Positions 54,671 to 64,000 of a DNA stretch of 64,000 nt are shown here, one piece after another. Each line of letters opens with the position of its first letter. Position 1 is the stretch's first letter. The stretch comes from Candidatus Cloacimonadales bacterium (lineage in GTDB: Bacteria; Cloacimonadota; Cloacimonadia; Cloacimonadales; JAFGVF01), in NCBI GenBank assembly GCA_963663475.2, contig CAXXJV010000001.1, positions 1,088,001 through 1,152,000 of the forward strand, read 5' to 3'. The notes under the pieces are model-generated. The model saw only the letters and a list, made by a program, of their open reading frames with translations. It did not search any database and was not told the DNA's origin. A program made the position numbers and the translations under genes.

Positions 54671-57600
54671 ATGAAAAGCCTCTTAATAGCTATGATTATT
54701 TTTATGGCAATTGTACAATGTCTTGCAGTTGATGATTTTTATCATATAGCATTTAATTTTAATGAGAATACTCCTAATTATGAAACATTAGTTTCTCGTT
54801 ATGACACGGTAATGACAGTCAATACGACAATGACAGATGATGGATATTCCATCTATGATCCAGACTATTTTTCAGACAATACGTTCAGGTCAGAAAGATT
54901 TATAACTGAGCAATTAGGTATGGTCGATACTACAAATGATACTGTTTTTGTTGTTCATTTTTATCCAACTTATACAGATTCTACAGAAACCAGCAAAGTT
55001 AAAACTATTATACCTTGGAAATTTGATTTTTGCCTGGGAAAATTCGATTATGATAATGTCAATTGATCCATTATTATATGAGGAATATTTTAGCAGTTAT
55101 TTTAACAGTATAGTTGAAGCACCAAACTATATTGACCCTGAGTTTGTTATTATTGATACTGGAAGTAAAACAGGTTTATATGATTTGAATGGCAATACTG
55201 CAGTTACTAGATTATGCAGAGAAGATACTTATTCAGAAATCTATAATGAAATGGGTCACTTTTTCATCATAGGATTGTCTTTTGTAAGAAGTAATAGTTC
55301 AAATTATGATAGAAATACTCCAGCAATCTATACTGAAACAACCTTAAATATATCTTCTTGTGTCTTTGGATCAAGAAGTGATAATCAAAATTTTGGAATA
55401 AGTGTCAAGGGTTCTGCAATGGGCCATGACTATTATGCACCATTTTTTAGAGTCTCTTATTGTTCTTTTATTGAATCTTCAAACGAAGATAACTATGTGT
55501 TAGATTTTCAATGTCTTCCCACACATAGAGTTAGCCCAATTATAAATAATAATTATTCAGTAGATAATAACTTTTTTTTGCTTGCTGATGTTTCATTATT
55601 TTATCTAGTATCTGACAATCTAATTATTAGGAATGAGAACTGTAATGAATATTCTCAAGCTATTAATATTTACCAAATAAGTGCTTTATCAACAAATAAT
55701 TTTGGTCATGATATGAAGCTTGCAGGCATGCCTGGTACAATAGATGGAAACAGCATCTATAACTATACACAAGCTATTGATATAATATCAGACGGTGGCT
55801 TTTTTGATGATCTTAACAGTTACTTTGGATCAAAAATCACTAATAATATTCTCCGAGAATGTTACCAAGGTGTCAATTCAGCTTATAGAGAAATTGGTGG
55901 AAATATTTCAAGAAATATTATTGAGATAAATCCTGAGAGAAGAGCTGATAATTTTACAGAAGAAAGTTATGCTTTCAAGATTAATTTAGTTGATTCAAAT
56001 TTAGGTATAGAAAAAAGTGATTATTTTAATAATACAGTTATAAATATTTCCACAGATCAAAGTGTGAAAATCATAGTTAATAATAGCCAAGCAAACAAGC
56101 TTATCAACAATATAATATATGGATTTAGTTTTGCTAACCAAGAGGATAATAATGATCAGTTTATCAGCAATGCAATAAATCAGGATTTTGGTCTCAATAC
56201 TATTCGATTCGATATTTTATCAGACATTATTGATTATCAAGAAGCGTTTTCTTCAGAGACAGCTTTTACAGATGATTTTGAATTTAATCTATTTTGGCAA
56301 AGTGAAAATCAAAGAAAATCACCTTGTATAAATCGTGGCTATGATGATACCCATGAGTATGATGAAAATGGTAGAAAACTTCAGTGGGATGAACAAATAG
56401 TTTATTTCCCAGGTGTTCAACCCATATATGCAAATACAGGATATTATGATATTTTACTTTGCAATTATGTGGATGAACAAAGCTTTACACGTATCCCTTC
56501 AACCAGAGATAAGGATCTAACTCGTAAAGATATTGGAGCTATACCCTATATTCCAAAAAGAGATAGTCTTGAATTTACTAATCAAGATTATATCCTAGGT
56601 GGGGGAAGACATATGCTCATTGATCCTGACTTCTATGACCCCAATCGGCCATATCGATGGCTTTCTTTTCCAGCAATTGACCAACTTATCCCTAATCGAG
56701 TTGATGTCAGTTATTGCTTTGAAGAACAAGCTAATCAGAATTTGTTTATCCCTAGTCAAGATCAACAATTAATTGAAAACATTGAGTATAATTATGATAA
56801 TGAAAATCAATTCATTTTGAACAATGGTACTGAGTGGTCGTTTTTAGGTTATCAGATAACGTCTCCTCAGGGATTTAAGCTTAAATTACATGCAGATGCA
56901 GATCTTTCAAGCCCCTTATATATAGATTATGATGGTTTTGTCCCTGGGATAGCTGAGAATCCTCAAAGCGAGATAGAATTAAATCAATTTGATGAAAACA
57001 GCCAAAAATCAACAACCTTAATTGGTTATTATTTAAAGGATACTAAGAGACTGTTTGATGTAATACCCTCGGAAATATTGGATAAATTAACAGTGATTAA
57101 ATGTCAAGATTGGGCTGCTGTAAATATTGGTCATTTAAATCAAACAGCTAAATCAACCTGGTTGACTAGTATGGGGCAGACAGTAGTAAATTCAACTATA
57201 AGTTATGGAGACGCAATTGAGCTGGTGCATGAAGAAAATGAAGATATAAACTTTCACTGGAATACTTCAGGAACACCTGTAAGACCCGAGTATATTGATT
57301 TACCTAGTCATTTTGATTATGAACAAGAAGCTGGATATATGCCTATTATTTGTGAATTAGATTTAGATGAATATGATGATGGTGATAAACCTATTGAAGT
57401 TGCTATCTTTGTTGATGAGATTTGTAAAGGTGCTGAAGTAATTAAAAGTGATCAGGTTATCCTTAAAGCATACATTGTTGATGATCCATCATTAATAGGA
57501 AAGGAAGTGGTTTTTCAACTATATTTCTCTCATACTAAAGCTAAAAAAGAGCTTGATAATTATCTGGTAATGGATTTTGCTAAAAAAGTATTTATATCAA

Positions 57601-57959
57601 GGCCTCTCACAATCAATCCTCAAAAAAGTTATGAATTTGTAACTTTCAAAGATATAGAATATAATAATAATATACCCCAAGTAGATTGCTTACTTGGTAA
57701 TTATCCAAATCCTTTTAACCCTGAGACAACAATCAACTTTTTCATAACAGAGAAAACCACAGGGTCTTTGAAAATATTTAATTTAAGAGGACAACTGGTA
57801 AATACAGTAATCAATAAAGAAGCATTTTCTAAAGGATATCACAAAGTAACTTGGAATGGGAAAGATAGCTCTCAACATAGGGTAACATCAGGTATCTATT
57901 TTTACAAATTAGAAACCGAGCATACTTATGATGTTGGGAAAATGATTTTACTCAAATAA
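54671..57959 (+). pseudogene. Large secreted beta-helix-like protein with FlgD-Ig/T9SS-type tail, split by a single frameshift near 55040
   Basis: Signal-peptide ORF 54671..55066 overlaps ORF 54936..57959. Deleting one base in GGGAAAATTCG gives ...FDFCLGKSIMIMSIDP... Tail NYPNPFNPETTI...IFNLRGQLV...WNGKD...SGIYFYKL...KMILLK. Confidence 0.7.
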
Positions 57960-57962
57960 AAT

Positions 57963-57985
57963 AAGGGTGCTAATAAGCACCCTTT
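57963..57985 (+). terminator. Intergenic hairpin (weak terminator or stability element)
   Basis: AAGGGTGCT-AATA-AGCACCCTT-T; identical copy at 60416..60438. Confidence 0.6.
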
Positions 57986-57997
57986 CAAGGAAAATAA

Positions 57998-60412
57998 ATG
58001 AAAAAAATATTAATAATTTCATTACTTTTTTTGTTATTGAACTGCCTGAATTCACTAACAAGAGTAATTGGCTTATCTGGTAATGAAGAATATTCATCAA
58101 TCCAAGTAGCTATAGATGACTCTGCTCCAGGTGATACCTTGTTGGTCTTACCCGGCAGGTACTTTGAAAGTCTGTCGATAGAAACTGATAATCTGACTTT
58201 GCAAAGCAATTATGCTTTAACAAATAATAGAGAAGATATTGATAACACTATTATTGATGGGAATGCAGTAAGTAATTGTCTTGATATTGAGGCAAATAAC
58301 ACAGTGATAAATGGCTTAACATTTACTAATGCTTTTAGTCTAGCTTCAATTAGAATATTGACTCAAGCAGGAGCTTGTAATATACTAAATAACGTTGTTA
58401 AGAATAATGAATCAACAGGGTTATATTGTGGTTATAGTAATACTATGTTTTTATCTGGTAATATTATCAAAAATAACTATGGCGGGGATCATTCTGGTAT
58501 GGGTTTGTTTGTTGCAGGTAGTTATAGTTACTCTCCCACTACAGTAGAATTTGATCAAGTCAATCTAAATAGTATCTTTAATAATTATGGAAATGTTCAA
58601 GATATTTATTTTAAAGATGTTTTGTGTGATGCCATATATTTAGATACTATTAGTGTTGCTTTAGACTATCCTGATAACTTCTTTATTTTTTGTTCTGTAG
58701 GAGAGTTGACTACTGCTGAAATACCTTATCCTCAAATTTTCTACCAAAACACTTATTTAGAACAGATTGATGCAGATCTTTATGTTTCGCCAGATGGTAA
58801 TGATAGTAATAGTGGCTTATCTATGGATGAGCCTTTTAGAACAATTCAATATGCTACAAAAATGATAAAATCTAATCCTCAACAAAGAAACAGTGTTTAT
58901 CTTCTACCTGGAACCTATAGCAAGTTACTAAATGAGCAGATATTCCCTATCTCCTTGCCGGCACATACCAGGCTGTTAGGATTAGGAGAGTCTCCCGAAG
59001 CTGTAATTATAGGAGATGAACCAGATAATGTCAATATTGCCATGATAGCAACTCAAACAGAGGCAGGTAACTTTACGGTTAGATCTAATACAAATAGTTA
59101 TTTTTCTGCTATCGGCATCTATGGTAAAAAAAGAGATTTTGAGGAGGAAGAATACTATTTGCATGATGTGATTTTGGAAAATTGTTCTCCTGATGGACAG
59201 TCTCTCTCAGTTCAATTAGTTAAAAATGCTACCATCGAAAATATCTTGATAAGAGATGTAACAGTTACTGATCACCATGATGCAGGATATGTCTTTGGTT
59301 GTTATCAAGCAGAGGTTAACTTAAACAATATAGAAATAACTAATATTAATAGTTATATAGATGATTTGGTTTTAGTAATGAACTTCGGATTGTCTAGTGT
59401 AAATGCTAATAATCTAATTTTCCATAATAATTATTCTAATACAGGTTATTTAATGCAGTTCACTAATTATGAAGGTATTAATCATACAGACAATCAAGCA
59501 AATTTCTCAAATGTTTTAGCCTATAGAAACTACTTTTCGGCTAATATTGCGATTATGTGGCTTAGCAATGTTTACCAACCCATTAATTTGAGTAACTTTA
59601 CTCTTGCCCATAATACCTCCAGTAACTATGCCTTAGGGGCAAGGGGAGATATAAAAATTAGAAATAGTATCTTTTATAATCATAATAATCCTAGAGAGAT
59701 TACTTTGGGTAATAATCCTGACATTTCTGGTCCCACAATATTGGATATAGATTATTCTTTAATTCAAGGAGGGATAGAAGGAATAGGTAATGCAACGACA
59801 GGGGATAATTCTTTAATCTACGGAGAGAATAATTTGGATACTGATCCTCTTTTTAGAGGAGATTTAGATGCTTCTTTAGAGTTAGAAGATTACCGAAGGG
59901 TTCAATTGACTGAAAATTCACCCTGTATTGACAGTGGAACAACTCAAGATTTGGAAACAAATATCACAGACTATGATATTGCCGGCAATCCACGAATCTG
60001 GGGTGATGGTATTGATATGGGAGCTTATGAGTATAATCCAAGTGTTGGAAATAATAACGATGAAGTTACTGAAACAGCAAGCGATATTATTGTTAATCAA
60101 TATCCTAATCCTGTTAATCTGACTCGAACTAATTGTGCTTATCTAGATTTTTTGCTTCCCCTAGAGAGAAAAGGAAAAGTTAAAATAGCAATTTATAATT
60201 TGAAAGGACAGAAAGTCAGAGATTTAGATGTTAGTAGAAGCATCTTTGATATTACCGCATCAAGGAAGGAAAGTAATGCTGGACAAAGGTACTCAAAAGT
60301 ATGGAATTTAAGAAATAATGATAATCAAAAAGTAGTTTCAGGTCTGTATTTATATAAGATTAGGATTGATGATGATGATTTGTATGTTGGAAAAATGATT
60401 TTACTCAAATAA
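57998..60412 (+). CDS. Secreted right-handed beta-helix protein (DUF1565-like) with T9SS/FlgD-type tail, copy 1
   Basis: YSSIQ.AID...GDT..V.PG.Y.E; LYVSPDGND.NSG....PFRTI; SPCID.G...R......DMGAYE; QYPNP...IYNLKGQKV. Confidence 0.88.
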   Translation: MKKILIISLLFLLLNCLNSLTRVIGLSGNEEYSSIQVAIDDSAPGDTLLVLPGRYFESLSIETDNLTLQSNYALTNNREDIDNTIIDGNAVSNCLDIEANNTVINGLTFTNAFSLASIRILTQAGACNILNNVVKNNESTGLYCGYSNTMFLSGNIIKNNYGGDHSGMGLFVAGSYSYSPTTVEFDQVNLNSIFNNYGNVQDIYFKDVLCDAIYLDTISVALDYPDNFFIFCSVGELTTAEIPYPQIFYQNTYLEQIDADLYVSPDGNDSNSGLSMDEPFRTIQYATKMIKSNPQQRNSVYLLPGTYSKLLNEQIFPISLPAHTRLLGLGESPEAVIIGDEPDNVNIAMIATQTEAGNFTVRSNTNSYFSAIGIYGKKRDFEEEEYYLHDVILENCSPDGQSLSVQLVKNATIENILIRDVTVTDHHDAGYVFGCYQAEVNLNNIEITNINSYIDDLVLVMNFGLSSVNANNLIFHNNYSNTGYLMQFTNYEGINHTDNQANFSNVLAYRNYFSANIAIMWLSNVYQPINLSNFTLAHNTSSNYALGARGDIKIRNSIFYNHNNPREITLGNNPDISGPTILDIDYSLIQGGIEGIGNATTGDNSLIYGENNLDTDPLFRGDLDASLELEDYRRVQLTENSPCIDSGTTQDLETNITDYDIAGNPRIWGDGIDMGAYEYNPSVGNNNDEVTETASDIIVNQYPNPVNLTRTNCAYLDFLLPLERKGKVKIAIYNLKGQKVRDLDVSRSIFDITASRKESNAGQRYSKVWNLRNNDNQKVVSGLYLYKIRIDDDDLYVGKMILLK

Positions 60413-60450
60413 AATAAGGGTGCTAATAAGCACCCTTTCAAGGAGAATAA

Positions 60451-62859
60451 ATGAAAAGGATATTAATAATTTCATTACTTTTTTTGTTATTGAACTGCCT
60501 GAATTCACTAACAAGAGTAATTGGCTTATCTGGTAACGAAGAGTACTCCTTAATACAAGATGCTATAGATGACTCTGCTCCAGGTGATACCTTGTTGGTC
60601 TTACCCGGCAGGTACTTTGAAAGTCTGTCGATAGAAACTGATAATCTGACTTTGCAAAGCAATTATGCTTTAACAAATAATAGAGAAGATATTGATAACA
60701 CTATTATTGATGGGAATGCAGTAAGTAATTGTCTTGATATTGAGGCAAATAACACAGTGATAAATGGCTTAACATTTACTAATGCTTTTGAGTGGCCTGC
60801 TGTTAGATTATATTATGATATTGGGAATGTTACTATTCTCAATAATGTAATAAAAAATAATTGTGCTACTGGACTTGCTGGCTCATGGGGCTCTACTATA
60901 TTTCTAGCTGGCAATGTGATAAAGAATAATCAAGGCAGTTTCTTAGGAACAGGAATGATGATTATTGGTAATTCTAATCATAATCCAGCTACAGTAGAAT
61001 TTGATCAAGTCAATCTAAATAGTATCTTTAATAATTATGGAAATGTTCAAGATATTTATTTTAAAGATGTTTTGTGTGATGCCATATATTTAGATACTAT
61101 TAGTGTTGCTTTAGATTATCCTGATAACTACTTTATTTTTTGTTCTGTAGGAGAGTTGACTACTGAAGAGATTCCTTATCCTCAAATTTTCTACCAAAAC
61201 ACTTATTTAGAACAGATTGATGCAGATCTTTATGTTTCGCCAGATGGTAATGATAGTAATAGTGGCTTATCTATGGATGAGCCTTTTAGAACAATTCAAT
61301 ATGCAACGAAAATGATAAAATCAAATCCTCAACAAAATAACAGTGTTTATCTTCTACCTGGAACCTATAGCAAGTTATTAAATGAGCAAATATTTCCTAT
61401 CTCAATGCCGGCAAATACCAGGCTGTTAGGATTAGGAGAGACTCCCCAAGCTGTAATTCTCGGAGATGAACCTGATAATGTAAATGTTGCAATGATAGCA
61501 ACTCAAACAGAGGCAGGTAACTTTACGGTTAGATCTAATACACATAGTTATTCTTCTGCTGTAAGTATCTATGGTAAAAAAAGAGATTTTGAGGAGGAAG
61601 AATACTATTTGCATGATGTGATTTTGGAAAATTGTTCTCCTGATGGACAATCTCTCTCAGTTCAATTAGTTAAAAATGCAACCATAGAGAATATCTTGAT
61701 AAGAGATGTAACAGTTACTGATCATCATGATGCAGGTTATGTCTTTGGTTGTTACCAAGCAGAGGTTAACCTAAATAATATAGAAATAACTAATATTAAT
61801 AGTTATATAGATGATTTGGTTTTAGTAATGAACTTCGGATTGTCTAGTGTAAATGCTAATAATCTAATTTTCCATAATAATTATTCTAATACAGGTTATT
61901 TAATGCAGTTCACTAATTATGAAGGTATTAATCATACAGACAATCAAGCAAATTTCTCAAATGTTTTAGCCTATAGAAACTACTTTTCGGCTAATATTGC
62001 GATTATGTGGCTTAGCAATGTTTACCAACCCATTAATTTGAGTAATTTCACTCTTGCCCATAATACCTCCAGTAACTATGCCTTAGGGGTAAGGGGAGAT
62101 ATAAAAATTAGAAATAGTATCTTTTATAATCATAATAATCCTAGAGAGATTACTTTGGGTAGATATCCCGAAGCTGGTCCCACAGAATTGGATATAGATT
62201 ATTCTTTAATTCAAGGAGGGATAGAAGGAATAGGTAATGCAACAACAGGAGATAACTTTTTAATTTATGGAGATAATAATCTAAATACTGACCCCCTCTT
62301 TAGAGGAGATTTAGATGCTTCTTTGGAGTTAGAAGATTACCGAAGGGTTCAATTGACTGAAAATTCACCCTGTATTGACAGTGGAACAACTCAAGATTTG
62401 GAAACAAATATTGCAGACTACGATATTGCGGGTAATCCACGAATCTGGGGTGATGGTATTGATATGGGAGCTTATGAGTATAATCCAAGTGTTGGAAATA
62501 ATAACGATGAGGTTTCTGAAACAGCAAGCGATATTATTGTTAATCAATATCCTAATCCTATAAATTTGACTCAAACTAATTGTGCTTATATAGATTTTTT
62601 GCTTCCCCTAGAGAGAAAAGGAAAAGTTAAAATAGCAATTTATAATTTGAAAGGACAGAAAGTTAGAGACTTAGATGTTAGTAGAAGCATCTTTGATATT
62701 ACCGGATCAGGGAAGGAAAGTAATGTTGGACAAAGGTACTCAAAAGTATGGAATTTAAGAAATAATGATAATCAAAAAGTAGTTTCAGGTCTGTATCTAT
62801 ATAAGATTAGGATTGATGATGATGATTTGTATGTTGGAAAAATGATTTTACTCAAATAA
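60451..62859 (+). CDS. Secreted beta-helix protein with T9SS/FlgD-type tail, copy 2
   Basis: Tandem duplicate (2453-bp period) of 57998..60412. Confidence 0.88.
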   Translation: MKRILIISLLFLLLNCLNSLTRVIGLSGNEEYSLIQDAIDDSAPGDTLLVLPGRYFESLSIETDNLTLQSNYALTNNREDIDNTIIDGNAVSNCLDIEANNTVINGLTFTNAFEWPAVRLYYDIGNVTILNNVIKNNCATGLAGSWGSTIFLAGNVIKNNQGSFLGTGMMIIGNSNHNPATVEFDQVNLNSIFNNYGNVQDIYFKDVLCDAIYLDTISVALDYPDNYFIFCSVGELTTEEIPYPQIFYQNTYLEQIDADLYVSPDGNDSNSGLSMDEPFRTIQYATKMIKSNPQQNNSVYLLPGTYSKLLNEQIFPISMPANTRLLGLGETPQAVILGDEPDNVNVAMIATQTEAGNFTVRSNTHSYSSAVSIYGKKRDFEEEEYYLHDVILENCSPDGQSLSVQLVKNATIENILIRDVTVTDHHDAGYVFGCYQAEVNLNNIEITNINSYIDDLVLVMNFGLSSVNANNLIFHNNYSNTGYLMQFTNYEGINHTDNQANFSNVLAYRNYFSANIAIMWLSNVYQPINLSNFTLAHNTSSNYALGVRGDIKIRNSIFYNHNNPREITLGRYPEAGPTELDIDYSLIQGGIEGIGNATTGDNFLIYGDNNLNTDPLFRGDLDASLELEDYRRVQLTENSPCIDSGTTQDLETNIADYDIAGNPRIWGDGIDMGAYEYNPSVGNNNDEVSETASDIIVNQYPNPINLTQTNCAYIDFLLPLERKGKVKIAIYNLKGQKVRDLDVSRSIFDITGSGKESNVGQRYSKVWNLRNNDNQKVVSGLYLYKIRIDDDDLYVGKMILLK

Positions 62860-62930
62860 CTCCCTAATTTAAGCCTCATTAAAAAAATAATTACCTTTCA
62901 TCTGAGTACTGGCCAATCTAGTTTTAGGTG

Positions 62931-63017
62931 TATCCATCCTTTTCCCTTCCTTTACAGTCTTTCGATGAAAGTCCGCCTTTCATCGAAAGACTGTAAAGGA
63001 AGGGAAAAGGATGGATA
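62931..63017. repeat. Perfect palindrome with 41-bp arms and 5-nt loop
   Basis: TATCCATCCTTTTCCCTTCCTTTACAGTCTTTCGATGAAAG-TCCGC-reverse complement; homologous to 29492..29570. Confidence 0.9.
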
Positions 63018-63047
63018 AGGGGAAAATAGTGAGATTTCACAAGATAA

Positions 63048-63129
63048 AACCCAATAATGCTCTATATCTTTGAGAATAGCGCAAAAGAAAATGCACTCTT
63101 CTCTAAAGCTCTATTGCACCATTTGGGAT
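63048..63129 (+). repeat. Family A internally deleted copy
   Basis: AACCCAATAATGC...GAGAATAGC / TGCACTCTTCTCTAAAGCTCTATTGCACCATTTGGGAT. Confidence 0.7.
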
Positions 63130-63255
63130 AAATGAAAATTAATCTGATAATAATAGCTAGATAATGAACAGTCTTATAGGCTGGTAAGCAAAGAAAAAAG
63201 AATTTTATTGACGATTGAATTATTATTATAAAATATGTTATTAAGGAATATTATA

Positions 63256-63702
63256 ATGTACACAGATAAAAATTTAATCTATAGAAATCTAAGTTATAGT
63301 AGTAAGCGAGAGCTTTTAGAAGAGTTATGTGGTAATTTAGAAAATGCAGGGATTGTGTCTTCTGCATCAGAATTTTTCCAAGCAATTTGGCAAAGAGAGG
63401 AGAATTTCTCTACTGGGATTGGGAGGAATGTTGCAATTCCACATGGTAAGAGTGAAGGTGTAAAAGAGACCAAGTTAATCTTGGCTTTACTACCTGATGG
63501 TATAGAATATGATTCTCTTGATGGCCTTCCAGTAAAAATAGTTTTTATGTTTGCGGTGCCAAGGGGAAGAGATAAAGAATATATGGCCTTACTAGCTAAG
63601 GTAACAAAATTTGTTAGAGATGAATCTAATCGCAATAAGCTTTTAGATGCTATTGATGAAGAAGAAATTTTAGACCAGATAAGAGAAGTGATCAATGAAT
63701 AA
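63256..63702 (+). CDS. PTS EIIA (Fru/Ntr-type) domain protein
   Basis: RE..FSTGIG..VAIPHGK, DSLDG.PV; ATG 63256 follows AAGGA. Confidence 0.88.
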   Translation: MYTDKNLIYRNLSYSSKRELLEELCGNLENAGIVSSASEFFQAIWQREENFSTGIGRNVAIPHGKSEGVKETKLILALLPDGIEYDSLDGLPVKIVFMFAVPRGRDKEYMALLAKVTKFVRDESNRNKLLDAIDEEEILDQIREVINE

Positions 63703-64000
63703 GAATTTAATTCTAATAGTGGGTTTGATACTAGTAGTTTTGCCTATATGGGCAATAGGTGATGATGCGGGGACAAGTGGCTTTAATAGTTTGAAGATTA
63801 TCTATTCAGCTAGGGCAAACGCTATGGCAGGGGCATTTACTTCCCGAGATGATGACATTGATGTAATCTTTTTTAATCCAGCTAATTTGGGAGGATATGA
63901 AGTAAAAAGGGAGGTCACTTCCACCTATATGAACTATTTTGATGGTTATAATGGTGGGGCTCTTGCTTACCAGTATCAGAGAAGCAACAAAGCCAATGTA
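63695..64000 (+). CDS. PorV/PorQ-family outer-membrane protein, 3'-partial (not in ORF track)
   Basis: MNKNLILIVGLILVVLPIWA-IGDDAGTSGFNSLKIIYSARANAMAGAF...IFFNPANLG matches the GT...FL.I...AR..AMG.A...NPA.L N-terminus of the PorV/FadL-like family. Confidence 0.75.
   Translation, partial: MNKNLILIVGLILVVLPIWAIGDDAGTSGFNSLKIIYSARANAMAGAFTSRDDDIDVIFFNPANLGGYEVKREVTSTYMNYFDGYNGGALAYQYQRSNKANV

Noticed and set aside
54936-55040. Independent start for the 1007-aa ORF (MILFLLFIF...)
   Set aside because: No RBS; this is the out-of-frame reading of the upstream signal-peptide ORF, and a frameshift is the simpler explanation

Overview
AT-rich bacterial chromosome segment. Taxonomy is inferred, not searched: most likely Candidatus Cloacimonadota or a related FCB lineage, from a SprA-like translocon gene, a PorV-like gene and ten proteins with T9SS-type C-terminal sorting tails (YPNP...IYN(I/L)KGQ.V...SG.Y). 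Housekeeping genes include coaX, rocD, a GcvT-like gene, an M29 aminopeptidase, aroK, blc, pgk and rlmH-rsmG-parA-parB. The last block runs directly into a complete F1Fo ATP synthase operon. Between them are accessory blocks of tandemly amplified, mosaic secreted-protein genes (DNRLRE-like, FG-GAP, beta-helix), one intact and one decayed IS4-superfamily element, several frameshifted or truncated genes, and many small intergenic palindromic elements. Main points: (1) the atp operon has two c-subunit genes, a normal Na+-type c and a fused three-hairpin c whose middle hairpin has lost the essential Glu, which implies a heteromeric rotor; (2) T9SS-like cargo genes appear to diversify by tandem duplication and cassette-like segment exchange; (3) a ~165-bp inverted-repeat element occurs 10 times (full, deleted or cargo-carrying), and all 8 orientable copies point the same way; (4) there are two long perfect palindromes with compensatory changes and a three-layer nested inverted-repeat element. 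No rRNA, tRNA, CRISPR array or reverse transcriptase was seen.
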